Positions 55,711 to 64,000 of a stretch of DNA of 64,000 nucleotides are shown here, piece by piece (positions within the stretch are counted from its first letter, which is position 1; each line of letters starts with the position of its first letter). The translations under genes and the position numbers were made by a program. The stretch lies in assembly GCA_036387315.1 (NCBI GenBank), contig DASVTY010000012.1, forward strand, positions 1,408 through 65,407. The letters run 5' to 3'. The notes below the pieces were generated by a model that saw nothing but the letters and a program-made list of their open reading frames with translations, was not told where the DNA came from and did no database searches. The stretch is from Pyrinomonadaceae bacterium. Its GTDB lineage: Bacteria > Acidobacteriota > Blastocatellia > Pyrinomonadales > Pyrinomonadaceae.

Positions 55711-56604
55711 TCATGCCGAATCGTTTTGCTCTTCAATATTGTCCAAATCTTCCAAAACCTTTTTAATTGCACCTTTTAAATCGTTTATATTCGCCGGTTT
55801 TTTGAACTTGATTTCCAGTCTAAAGCTATGGTTAGCATCATTAAACTTAAAAACACGCAAAGGAAAATTTATATTCTTTCCGACGTTCAAAAACTCAAGC
55901 GATTCCGAGTCAGCTTTTATTAACCGCGACGTGACGAATTTTCCCGGTTGAGAGCCGTCGTTATTAGAGTTCTGTTTTTGCCCGAAGCTATTATTAATTT
56001 CCTCGAACATCTCCTCTTCGTCAAATTTCCTGGCAATCTTTAGAATCGCGGCTTTCGACGAAACACCCGCGATTAAGCACTTTTGCCTGACTGCCGGCGG
56101 AATTGACGCGATGGTTAGCGTCTCTGTAACAGAAGAACGGCTTTTGCTGAGCTTTTTCGCCAAATCTTCGTGCGTATATCTAAAACGCTCGCACAGAGAT
56201 TGGTACGCATCGGCTTCTTCCCAGACGGTTAAATCTTTACGCTGTAGATTTTCGATTAGGGCGATTTCGGCAATTTCCTGATCGCTAACATTCAGCTCTA
56301 TGCAAGGCACCTCAGTTAAACCGGCTATCTGAGACGCTCTCCAGCGGCGCTCTCCTGCAATAATCAGCCATTTCTCGGCACCTGCCAGCGGTTTCACCAA
56401 AAGCGGTTCAAGGACGCCCTTCTCCTTTATCGAAGCGACCAGCTCGCTTAAATCTCCCATTTCAACTCTCGGCTGTTCTGGGTTCGGCTCAATTTTCGCA
56501 ATTGGAATTATGCGTCCGATAAACTGATGGGATTTCGTTAATTCGTCCACGTAATGTGAGTCGTGACGCATTTTCAATCCTAACGGCAAGCCTTTTTTAG
56601 ACAC
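55711..56604 (-). CDS. parB: Chromosome partitioning protein ParB
   Basis: ..I.PNP.QPR......L.EL..SI...G.L.P..V......II.AGERRWRA...AGL..VP.......EIALIENLQR.DL. GTG at 56604 (..SKKGLPLGL..) overlaps the parA stop. The ATG at 56571 is an alternative start. Confidence 0.85.
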   Translation of the reverse strand: MSKKGLPLGLKMRHDSHYVDELTKSHQFIGRIIPIAKIEPNPEQPRVEMGDLSELVASIKEKGVLEPLLVKPLAGAEKWLIIAGERRWRASQIAGLTEVPCIELNVSDQEIAEIALIENLQRKDLTVWEEADAYQSLCERFRYTHEDLAKKLSKSRSSVTETLTIASIPPAVRQKCLIAGVSSKAAILKIARKFDEEEMFEEINNSFGQKQNSNNDGSQPGKFVTSRLIKADSESLEFLNVGKNINFPLRVFKFNDANHSFRLEIKFKKPANINDLKGAIKKVLEDLDNIEEQNDSA

Positions 56605-57352
56605 GTGCAAAGACCTCCTCGCATAGATGCAAATATTCGGTTGCTCCGGACGAATTCGGCGCATACGTAAAAATTGTTTCTTTATGTGCCGGAGATTCTT
56701 CGAGCCGGACGCTTCTCGTAATCACCGTCTCGAAAGTGCTGCTCCCGAAAACCTGACGAATATGGTTTTGCACTTCTCTGGAAAGCGTTGTTCTTCTGTC
56801 ATGCAAGGTAACCAGCACGCCGAGCAGTTTTAGATTAGGATTTGGTCTCGCTCGCACTTTTTCGATGGTTTCCAGCAGATCGTCCGTGCCCTCAAGAGCA
56901 AAATACGACGCTTGGATCGGTATCAAAATATGTGTCGCAGCGACCAAGGCGTTAATAGTTATCAGACCCAGCGTCGGCGGTGTGTCCAAAATTATCAAAT
57001 CATACTCTTTTTTTATTTGTTCAAGCCGGTCTTTAAATCTAAAAATAGCGTCAAAATCACCGACCAGCTTTGATTCGAGCTTAGCCAAATTAATTTTAGC
57101 CGGAATAATATCGAGGTTTTCAACTCCGGTCCGATATAGGGACTCCCTCCAGTCACCCTTATTATCAATCAAAAGGTCATATGTTGAATTCGAGACGGAC
57201 TCAACATTTAAAAAAGAAATGGAGCTATTACTTTGCGGGTCCAAATCACATAACAAAACTCTCTTCCCTTTAAGGGCGCACGCGGCTGACAGATTAATGG
57301 CTGTCGTAGTTTTCCCAACTCCGCCTTTTTGATTGGCAATTGCTATAATCAT
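56597..57352 (-). CDS. parA: Chromosome partitioning ATPase ParA/Soj
   Basis: MIIAIANQKGGVGKTTTAINLSA deviant Walker A; ..DLDPQ.N.S; ..IILDTPP. Confidence 0.9.
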   Translation of the reverse strand: MIIAIANQKGGVGKTTTAINLSAACALKGKRVLLCDLDPQSNSSISFLNVESVSNSTYDLLIDNKGDWRESLYRTGVENLDIIPAKINLAKLESKLVGDFDAIFRFKDRLEQIKKEYDLIILDTPPTLGLITINALVAATHILIPIQASYFALEGTDDLLETIEKVRARPNPNLKLLGVLVTLHDRRTTLSREVQNHIRQVFGSSTFETVITRSVRLEESPAHKETIFTYAPNSSGATEYLHLCEEVFARV

Positions 57353-57384
57353 CAGCTTTTTGTAATTCTAATCGAAATAGACGG

Positions 57385-57858
57385 TTATTCGCTGATCAAA
57401 TCAGGCCATTCTTCGCCCGTTACTTCTTCGCTCTCTTCGTCGCTGGAAACTAGATTTGATCCCGCCAGTCGAACGACTTCGGGTTTAACCCAAATTCCGC
57501 AGCTAAAACGAAGCGCCAGAGCGATTGCATCAGAGGGTCTGGCATCAATCGCCGTCAGACTTCCATCCTGTTGACGCATTTCAATCAAAGCAAAAAAAGT
57601 ATCGTTCCGCAACTCGGTAATAATGACCCTTTCAACCACAGCTCCCATTTGAGTAATTATATTTCTGAGCAAATCGTGAGTCATAGGGCGTTGAGGAACT
57701 GTTTTTTCAATTTCCAGAGCGATTGCGTTCGCTTCGAATGTTCCAACCCAGATAGGAATGACGGTTTCATCGGAAACCCCACGCAAGACAACAATCGGGG
57801 TACCGCTGTGAGGCTCCATAATCAACGCGCCAACTTTTACTTCAATATCGTTTTCCAT
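57385..57858 (-). CDS. Bifunctional nuclease family protein (DUF151/BFN)
   Basis: ..PIVVL......IPIWVG..EA.AIA.......RP.THDLL......I..L...TF.A.I......IDARPSDAIALALR. ATG at 57858. Confidence 0.8.
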   Translation of the reverse strand: MENDIEVKVGALIMEPHSGTPIVVLRGVSDETVIPIWVGTFEANAIALEIEKTVPQRPMTHDLLRNIITQMGAVVERVIITELRNDTFFALIEMRQQDGSLTAIDARPSDAIALALRFSCGIWVKPEVVRLAGSNLVSSDEESEEVTGEEWPDLISE

Positions 57859-57908
57859 CCGCAACCTCGAACAAATAATACAAAAACAAGATAGTATAAA
57901 TCCAATCG

Positions 57909-59282
57909 TCAAGACGCAATACGTCCGCGCAAAGAATTGACTTTTGCATCGGTTATAAAAACCTCAATGATTTGCCCGAGCTTTGTTTTGTCCGCCTCAA
58001 AATTTACCACTTTGTGGCAAGTCGTATGCCCGCTCAGATCGTCTTGTGACTTCGCGCTGAAACTCTCCGCTAAAACCCGAACCGTCTTTCCGATGTATTC
58101 TCTTGATTTCTCTTCCTGTATTCGCTTTTGCACCGATTCCAAGACTAAAAAACGCTCTCGCTTGATTTGAGCCGAAACGGAATCATCGAGGCGCGCGGAC
58201 GGCGTGCCGGGTCTCGGCGAATATTTAAAAAGATAAGCGCTGTCAAAGCGGCATTTTTCGTATAGCTCAATCGTTTCTCTAAAATCGACATCCGTCTCGC
58301 CGGGAAACCCGACAATTATATCAGTAGTCAAGGAGATTTGACGCGAGGAGTTTTGAATTGCTTCTACTTTTTTCAAATAATCAGCCGACGTATGACCGCG
58401 ACGCATCGCCCGAAGAATGCGGTCACTGCCCGACTGAACGGGCAAATGCACCCAATTGCAAAGATTTTCGCATTCGTTAATCGCCGAGACAATATCCGGG
58501 TGAAAATCTCTCGGAAAAGAAGTTGTAAATTTGATTCGTTCGATACCGGTTTCAGCAGCAGCCCGCAAAAGACGCGAAAAAGGCGTCGCGCCTCTAAATC
58601 CTTCCAACCCGGCGTCTGTCTTCGGACGATAGCTGTTTACGTTTTGACCGATTAAATGGACTTCTTTAACCCCGGCTTCTTTTAATCCTCTCAACTGATC
58701 CAGGATCTGTATTGGCGGCAGACTTTGTTCGCGTCCACGGGAAAAAGGCACAATACAATATGTGCAGAATTTGTTGCACCCTTCGATAATCGGCACAAAA
58801 GCCACATAATCCGAGCTTCTGTATTGATCTGCGACCGTCCAATCATAGTTGCCTTCCCTCTCGTCCAAATCAACGTTTTTTTCATCTTTTAAATTAATTC
58901 CATCAAGCATCTCTCCGATTCTTCCAACCGCTCGCGTTCCTAGAACAAAATCTATATTTGATGTTTTGCCAAACAGGTTTTCCCCTTCAAGCTGGGCGAC
59001 ACAGCCTAATACGCCAATTAATGGCTTCTCAGCTCGTCTTTTTTTGTCCGATAATTCTCCCACCCGGTTGAAAAGTTTTTGTTCTGCGCGCTCGCGAACC
59101 GAACAAGTATTGATAAGGACGATCTCGGCTTCGTTATCAGACCCGACCACCTGATACCCTGTTTGTTCCAATCTGGTTGCTACTCTCTCAGAATCGGAAA
59201 CGTTCATTTGACATCCGTGCGTCTCTATGTACACTTTCTTACGCTGGTGCCGTTTTTTTTCTCGGTCGTGTGAGTAATTCAT
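57909..59282 (-). CDS. miaB: tRNA-2-methylthio-N6-dimethylallyladenosine synthase MiaB
   Basis: UPF0004 N-terminus ..YIETHGCQMN..DSE, radical SAM motif CNKFCTYCIVP, C-terminal TRAM domain. Confidence 0.9.
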   Translation of the reverse strand: MNYSHDREKKRHQRKKVYIETHGCQMNVSDSERVATRLEQTGYQVVGSDNEAEIVLINTCSVRERAEQKLFNRVGELSDKKRRAEKPLIGVLGCVAQLEGENLFGKTSNIDFVLGTRAVGRIGEMLDGINLKDEKNVDLDEREGNYDWTVADQYRSSDYVAFVPIIEGCNKFCTYCIVPFSRGREQSLPPIQILDQLRGLKEAGVKEVHLIGQNVNSYRPKTDAGLEGFRGATPFSRLLRAAAETGIERIKFTTSFPRDFHPDIVSAINECENLCNWVHLPVQSGSDRILRAMRRGHTSADYLKKVEAIQNSSRQISLTTDIIVGFPGETDVDFRETIELYEKCRFDSAYLFKYSPRPGTPSARLDDSVSAQIKRERFLVLESVQKRIQEEKSREYIGKTVRVLAESFSAKSQDDLSGHTTCHKVVNFEADKTKLGQIIEVFITDAKVNSLRGRIAS

Positions 59283-59326
59283 AACTTTTTCTCAATAAAC
59301 AAATATTAATTTCAAAAATTTATCAA

Positions 59327-62300
59327 ATGCCTTCAAAAGATTTTGTCCATCTGCACGTTCACACAGATTACAGCATTCTGAAAAGCGCAAATCAAATTCC
59401 GGCGCTTGCGCGTCGCCTCAACGAACTGGAAATGAAAGCCTGTGCGATGACCGATTGCGGCAATTTGTACGGCGCGCTGTCGTTTTACTATAACATGAAG
59501 AAAAACGGCATTCAGCCGATCATCGGTTTCGAGGCTTATCTGACGCTCGGTTCCAGATTTGACAAAAGCGCCGCTCTCAAATCGGGCGAGCTGCCTTATT
59601 ACACTCTTGTTTTATTGGCGGAAAATCTGACCGGCTATTTTAATCTCGTCAGTTTGTCGTCAAAAGCTTTCACCGAAGGATTACATCACAAACCGAGAAT
59701 AGATTTCGATTTGCTCACGGCGCATAGTACCGGGATCATTTGTCTGACCTCCGGTGGGGACGGGGTTGTCAATCATTTTCTAAAACAAAATCGTTTTGAA
59801 GACGCATACAATTACGCAGCCAAACTTAAAGATGTATTCGGTCAAAACAATCTCTTTCTGGAAATTCAAGACCACAATCTCCCCGAAGAAAAAGCGATTC
59901 GCCAGCCCCTCGTTCAACTATCAAAAAAGCTGGATTTGGATTTAGTGGCAACCAATGATGTTTATTACCTCTCAGCAGACGACGCCAAAGCTCATGAAAT
60001 GATGCTCTGCATCGGCGCTGCCAAAACAATTCATGACGAGTCGCGTCCGAGACTCGGTTCCGAACAATTTTATCTCAAATCCGCAGAGGAAATGTGGCGT
60101 CTTTTCGGCGCGGAATTGCCCCAAAGTTTATCAAAAACAATTGAAATTTCCGAGCGCTGTAATTTTGCTCTGCCGAGCAGTGAAGATTCTTTTAATTTGC
60201 CGCTCTATCCGATACCTCTCGATTCAAACTGCGAAACTGCCGATGAATACTTTGAAAAAGTAGTGTGGGACGGCTTTAAAAAACGTCAGCAATCTGTTTG
60301 GGAGCCTTTGCAAAACGCCGGGAATTTAAAATACTCGATTGAAGAATACAAAAACAGAATCATTATCGAAACCGGCATTATCAGACGCATGGGTTTTCCA
60401 GGCTATTTTCTGATCGTTTGGGACTTCGTTCGCTTCGCCAAAGAAAACGATATTCCCGTCGGTCCCGGGCGCGGCTCGGCGGCTGGCTCTCTGGTCGCGT
60501 ATTGTCTGGAAATAACCGACGTTGATCCGATTCAATACGATCTGCTTTTCGAGCGTTTTCTCAACCCGGAGCGCGTCACAATGCCTGATATTGATATTGA
60601 TTTTTGTATTCGCGGGCGCGAGCGCGTTATCAAGCATGTGGTCAATCAATACGGGAGAAATTCGGTCTGCCAAATCGTCACTTTTGGAACTATGGCTTCC
60701 AAAGCCGTTATTAAGGATGTCGGCAGAGCTTTGAACATGCCTTATTCCGAGGTCGAGAAAATCGCCAAACTGATCCCGCCTCCAGTCCGGGGACGAAACG
60801 TCAGCATCACGCAAGCTCTCGAACAAGTCGAAGAACTAAAAACCGCCGTGGAAACAAATCCACAGGTAAAAGAGGTGATTGATCTGGCACGCCGCCTCGA
60901 AGGCTGTGCCAGACATACTTCGGTTCACGCAGCCGGCGTGGTCATTTCTCCCAAACCGCTTGACGAGCTGATTCCGGTTGCCCTGTCGGCTAAAGACGAG
61001 CTAACCACACAATTTGCGATGTCCGACCTGGAAAAAACCGGAATGCTTAAGATGGATTTCCTTGCCTTAACCACCTTAACGGTAATAAACGACTGCTTAA
61101 TCAGCATAAAGCAATCCATTAATAAGCAAATTGACTGGACGCAAACGCCCTTAAGCGATGAAGAAACAATGAAGATTTTTGCAGACGGCAGAACCGAAGC
61201 CATTTTTCAATTTGAATCCCCCGGAATGCAGGAAATCTGCCGCCGTTTAAAACCGAAAGGAATCGAAGATCTTGCCGCTCTCAACGCGCTCTATCGCCCC
61301 GGTCCTCTCGACGGCGGGATGGTTGACGATTTTATCAGCCGGCATCGCGGTCAAAAACAAGTTCGCTATCTCGTTCCGCAGATGAAAGAGATTTTAAATA
61401 ACACGCACGGAATTATCGTTTATCAGGAGCAAATTATGCAGCTCGCCCAAAATCTGGCGGGCTATTCGCTTGGCGAAGCCGATATGATGCGCCGCGCAAT
61501 GGGCAAAAAGAAGCGCGAAGAGATGGCAAAGCATCAGGAAAAATTTGTCAACGGCGCAACCGAACGCAATATCAAACGGGAAAAAGCGGAACAAATCTTC
61601 TCTCTGATGGCGCAGTTTGCCGATTACGGCTTTAACAAAAGCCACAGCGTCGCCTATGCCTACCTGGCTTTCCAAACAGCATATTTAAAAGCCCATTACC
61701 CGTCGCATTTTTACGCGGCGGTTCTCTCGCACGAAGCACAGGACACCGCAAAAATACAAAAGTATATTGCCGAATTGAAAACCGCCGCAATAGAGCTTTT
61801 GCCGCCCGACATCAACGAAAGCAATTCCGGTTTTACGCCCGTCCACAATGCGATTCGATTCGGCTTGAGCGCGATCAAAGGAATCGGAGAAGCGGCGATT
61901 CAAGAGATTATCAACGCCAGGCGGGAAAAACCGTTTTCATCATTTTTAGATTTTATTTCGAGAGCCTCAAGCTCGGTAAATCGCCGCAGCTTGAACAGCC
62001 TGATTTACTCCGGCGCCTTCGACTCTCTCAAAGACGATTCGTCTACAACAAATCATTGGCGCTCGAAACTGATTGCCGAAATTGAAACTTCAATATCAGT
62101 CGCACAAAAGGAGCGCAGCTCAAAGGAAAAAGGTCAAAACGCTCTTTTCGGAGCCGCAAATCAAGAAGTCAGTGAAATTAAAATCAAGGATTTTCCCGTT
62201 TTAACGGACAAAGAAATCTGGACGGCGGAAAAAGAAACGCTCGGCTTTTACTTAAGCAACCATCCTTTAAGCAAGCATGACGAACTGCTTAAGCAGCTTG

Positions 62301-62863
62301 AAGCGCAAAGCATTTTAAGTCTGACGCAAAACGCTTCATCCGACTCCGAGCAAAAACTCTGGATCGCCGGAATCATCAGCGAAGCGCAAGTCCGCTTAAG
62401 CAAAAAAGGAAACCGTTTTTCCATTTTTAAATTGGAAGATTATACAGGTTCGATTAAATGCCTGGCTTGGTCCGAAGCATTCGAGAGATATTCGCAGCTT
62501 CTCACAAACGACGAAATAATCTTTGCCGCCGGACATCTGGAAAGTGAAAACGAAACGAATTTTTCGTTTATTGTCGAAGAAATTTATAAATTTGAAGAAG
62601 CCCTGCCGGCGCGCGCCGATTCCCTCATCGTCAATCTGCCGCCCGTTGCGGAAAAAAATATTAACTTTTATGAAAGCCTGCTTGCCTTGCTAAACCGTAA
62701 TCGTGGAAAATGCGAAGTGTTTTTTGAAATGCCGATGCACAAAAACAATTGTTACCGCGTACGCCTCGGCGTCCACGGCTCTCTGCGAATACAGGGAAAT
62801 TATAATTTAGCCAAAGAACTGGAACTGCTCGGCTGCGTGGTTGAATGGCAAATCCGCAAGTAA
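59327..62863 (+). CDS. dnaE: DNA polymerase III alpha subunit
   Basis: PHP domain FVHLHVHTDYS, ..PGRGSAAGSLVAY.L.IT.VDP, ..MPDIDIDF, OB-fold C-terminus. 1178 aa. Confidence 0.95.
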   Translation: MPSKDFVHLHVHTDYSILKSANQIPALARRLNELEMKACAMTDCGNLYGALSFYYNMKKNGIQPIIGFEAYLTLGSRFDKSAALKSGELPYYTLVLLAENLTGYFNLVSLSSKAFTEGLHHKPRIDFDLLTAHSTGIICLTSGGDGVVNHFLKQNRFEDAYNYAAKLKDVFGQNNLFLEIQDHNLPEEKAIRQPLVQLSKKLDLDLVATNDVYYLSADDAKAHEMMLCIGAAKTIHDESRPRLGSEQFYLKSAEEMWRLFGAELPQSLSKTIEISERCNFALPSSEDSFNLPLYPIPLDSNCETADEYFEKVVWDGFKKRQQSVWEPLQNAGNLKYSIEEYKNRIIIETGIIRRMGFPGYFLIVWDFVRFAKENDIPVGPGRGSAAGSLVAYCLEITDVDPIQYDLLFERFLNPERVTMPDIDIDFCIRGRERVIKHVVNQYGRNSVCQIVTFGTMASKAVIKDVGRALNMPYSEVEKIAKLIPPPVRGRNVSITQALEQVEELKTAVETNPQVKEVIDLARRLEGCARHTSVHAAGVVISPKPLDELIPVALSAKDELTTQFAMSDLEKTGMLKMDFLALTTLTVINDCLISIKQSINKQIDWTQTPLSDEETMKIFADGRTEAIFQFESPGMQEICRRLKPKGIEDLAALNALYRPGPLDGGMVDDFISRHRGQKQVRYLVPQMKEILNNTHGIIVYQEQIMQLAQNLAGYSLGEADMMRRAMGKKKREEMAKHQEKFVNGATERNIKREKAEQIFSLMAQFADYGFNKSHSVAYAYLAFQTAYLKAHYPSHFYAAVLSHEAQDTAKIQKYIAELKTAAIELLPPDINESNSGFTPVHNAIRFGLSAIKGIGEAAIQEIINARREKPFSSFLDFISRASSSVNRRSLNSLIYSGAFDSLKDDSSTTNHWRSKLIAEIETSISVAQKERSSKEKGQNALFGAANQEVSEIKIKDFPVLTDKEIWTAEKETLGFYLSNHPLSKHDELLKQLEAQSILSLTQNASSDSEQKLWIAGIISEAQVRLSKKGNRFSIFKLEDYTGSIKCLAWSEAFERYSQLLTNDEIIFAAGHLESENETNFSFIVEEIYKFEEALPARADSLIVNLPPVAEKNINFYESLLALLNRNRGKCEVFFEMPMHKNNCYRVRLGVHGSLRIQGNYNLAKELELLGCVVEWQIRK

Positions 62864-62887
62864 TCGAAATATTTTTCGGAGGAAACA

Positions 62888-63721
62888 GTGCTGGAAAAAA
62901 CGAACGCAAAGAAAACCGCTTTTGAATGCGTACAGATCGCGCGCCATCCGGCTCGTCCTTATTCGCTCGATATTTTTGAAAACGTTTTTGACGATTTTCT
63001 CGAGCTGCACGGCGACCGGCGTTACGCTGAAGACCCGGCTCTGGTTTGCGGTCTGGCTCGCCTTGGAGACTTTGAAATTCTGGTCGCCGGACATCAAAAA
63101 GGACGCGATACCAAACAGAGACACCGCAGAAATTTCGGGATGCCGAAACCGGAAGGTTACCGAAAAGCTTTGCGATTGATGCAGATGGCAAACAAGTTTA
63201 ACCGCCCGGTAATCACTTTTATAGACACTCCCGGCGCTTATCCCGGAATTGACGCCGAAGAACGCGGACAAGCCGAAGCCATCGCTTTTAATTTGAAGGA
63301 AATGGCTGAATTGCGCTGCCCCATCGTGGCAGTCGTGATCGGCGAGGGCGGTTCGGGCGGCGCTCTGGCAATCGGTGTTGCCGACCGTGTGTTAATGATG
63401 CAAAACTCGATTTATTCGGTGATTTCACCCGAAGGCTGCGCGGCTATTTTATGGAAAGACGCAGCTCGCGCCGATCTCGCCGCCGAAAAGTTAAAACTGA
63501 CCGCCACGGATTTGCAGGCGCTCGGCGTGATTGATGAAATTATTCCCGAACCAAAGCACTGGGATTATAATTTGCTGGGCGACCGCGAAAATCAATTTAC
63601 GGTTGATTTTAAAAATGCTCTGCTCAAAGAAATAAATCTGCTCGTTTCGATGCCCGAAAATCAAAGAATGCAGCTTCGTTATCGGAAATTGCGCAAATAC
63701 GGCTTCTGGCATACTTTATAA
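62888..63721 (+). CDS. accA: Acetyl-CoA carboxylase carboxyltransferase alpha subunit
   Basis: ..ARHP.RPY.LD......F.EL.GDR...DD.A.V.G.ARL......GHQKGR.TK....[48 protein letters not shown] start. Shorter at the N-terminus than E. coli AccA. Confidence 0.9.
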   Translation: MLEKTNAKKTAFECVQIARHPARPYSLDIFENVFDDFLELHGDRRYAEDPALVCGLARLGDFEILVAGHQKGRDTKQRHRRNFGMPKPEGYRKALRLMQMANKFNRPVITFIDTPGAYPGIDAEERGQAEAIAFNLKEMAELRCPIVAVVIGEGGSGGALAIGVADRVLMMQNSIYSVISPEGCAAILWKDAARADLAAEKLKLTATDLQALGVIDEIIPEPKHWDYNLLGDRENQFTVDFKNALLKEINLLVSMPENQRMQLRYRKLRKYGFWHTL

Positions 63722-63790
63722 AGAAGTCTCTTTTAAGAGCATTTTTAAACTGCATCTTTTTTGTTTTGCCAAAACCGTGTAAGATGTTTT

Positions 63791-63821
63791 CAGCGCCGCT
63801 TCAAAGGCGCTGATTGTTTTT
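63791..63821 (+). terminator. Probable rho-independent terminator after accA
   Basis: cagcgcc / gcttcaaa / ggcgctg, followed by attgttttt. Confidence 0.5.
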
Positions 63822-63905
63822 ACCGGCTGCTTCGATACCTGCCAACTTTCATTTCCGACTTCTTTCTTTTGTACAATGCTAATTGACGCTCAAAACTTAA
63901 ATCCG

Positions 63906-64000
63906 ATGGACTTCCCTGCTTTCTTTTTCGATCTTCTCTTTTTCATTTTCGGCGCCGTGATCGGCAGTTTTCTTAACGTTTTGATTCACCGCCTGCCGCG
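63906..64000 (+). CDS. Prepilin peptidase (A24 family), 3' end cut by the window edge
   Basis: My translation from the ATG at 63906: MDFPAFFFDLLFFIFGAVIGSFLNVLIHRLP.. This contains the GSFLNV.I.R.P N-terminal signature of PilD-type peptidases. Confidence 0.65.
   Translation, partial: MDFPAFFFDLLFFIFGAVIGSFLNVLIHRLP

Noticed and set aside
62864-63000. AccA appears to lack the roughly 40-aa N-terminal helical segment of E. coli AccA
   Set aside because: Only 24 nt separate dnaE and accA, and no alternative frame encodes the missing segment. This is most likely normal lineage variation rather than truncation, and the catalytic core is intact.

Overview
64 kb of chromosomal DNA from a diderm (Gram-negative-type) bacterium; I cannot assign a phylum. 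No rRNA, tRNA, CRISPR array, transposase or integrase was seen. The flanks are housekeeping genes. Left: larC (5' partial), an OmpR-type two-component pair, mutS. Right: alkA-like glycosylase, propionyl-CoA carboxylase beta, an ABC-2 exporter, transaldolase, FAH hydrolase, NamZ-like DUF1343, recO, a fused lptF-lptG, ahcY, parAB, miaB, dnaE, accA, and the start of a prepilin peptidase. The centre (about 8.5-35.4 kb) is one co-directional Wzx/Wzy-type exopolysaccharide locus. It encodes Wza, a Wzc with a Tyr-rich tail, a GDP-mannose 3,5-epimerase-like SDR, Gmd, a nucleotide-sugar dehydrogenase, WecB, an ADP-heptose module with an unusual HldC-GmhA fusion, seven glycosyltransferases, a GT-C-like membrane protein, a flippase, a polymerase-like protein, five SAM methyltransferases and an embedded Uma2 endonuclease. 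The most interesting region is a three-gene cassette just 3' of this locus (35567-37931): an HPr-kinase-like P-loop protein, a PqqD/RRE-like domain fused in cis to a Tat/Sec-like signal segment and a 53-aa Cys/Ser/Thr/Gly-rich tail with 8 Cys, and an NTP_transf_5-like nucleotidyltransferase. No cyclase, protease, radical SAM enzyme or exporter accompanies it. I read it as a candidate uncharacterised peptide-maturation (RiPP-like) or membrane-signalling system. Other notable points are frame-shifting perfect heptanucleotide tandem repeats inside mutS and larC, a set of long intergenic hairpins built from repeated short words, a nested REP/REPIN-like palindrome cluster, and an orphan ABC ATPase with all three catalytic motifs degenerate. 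All family calls come from reading the translations and from memory; nothing was searched.
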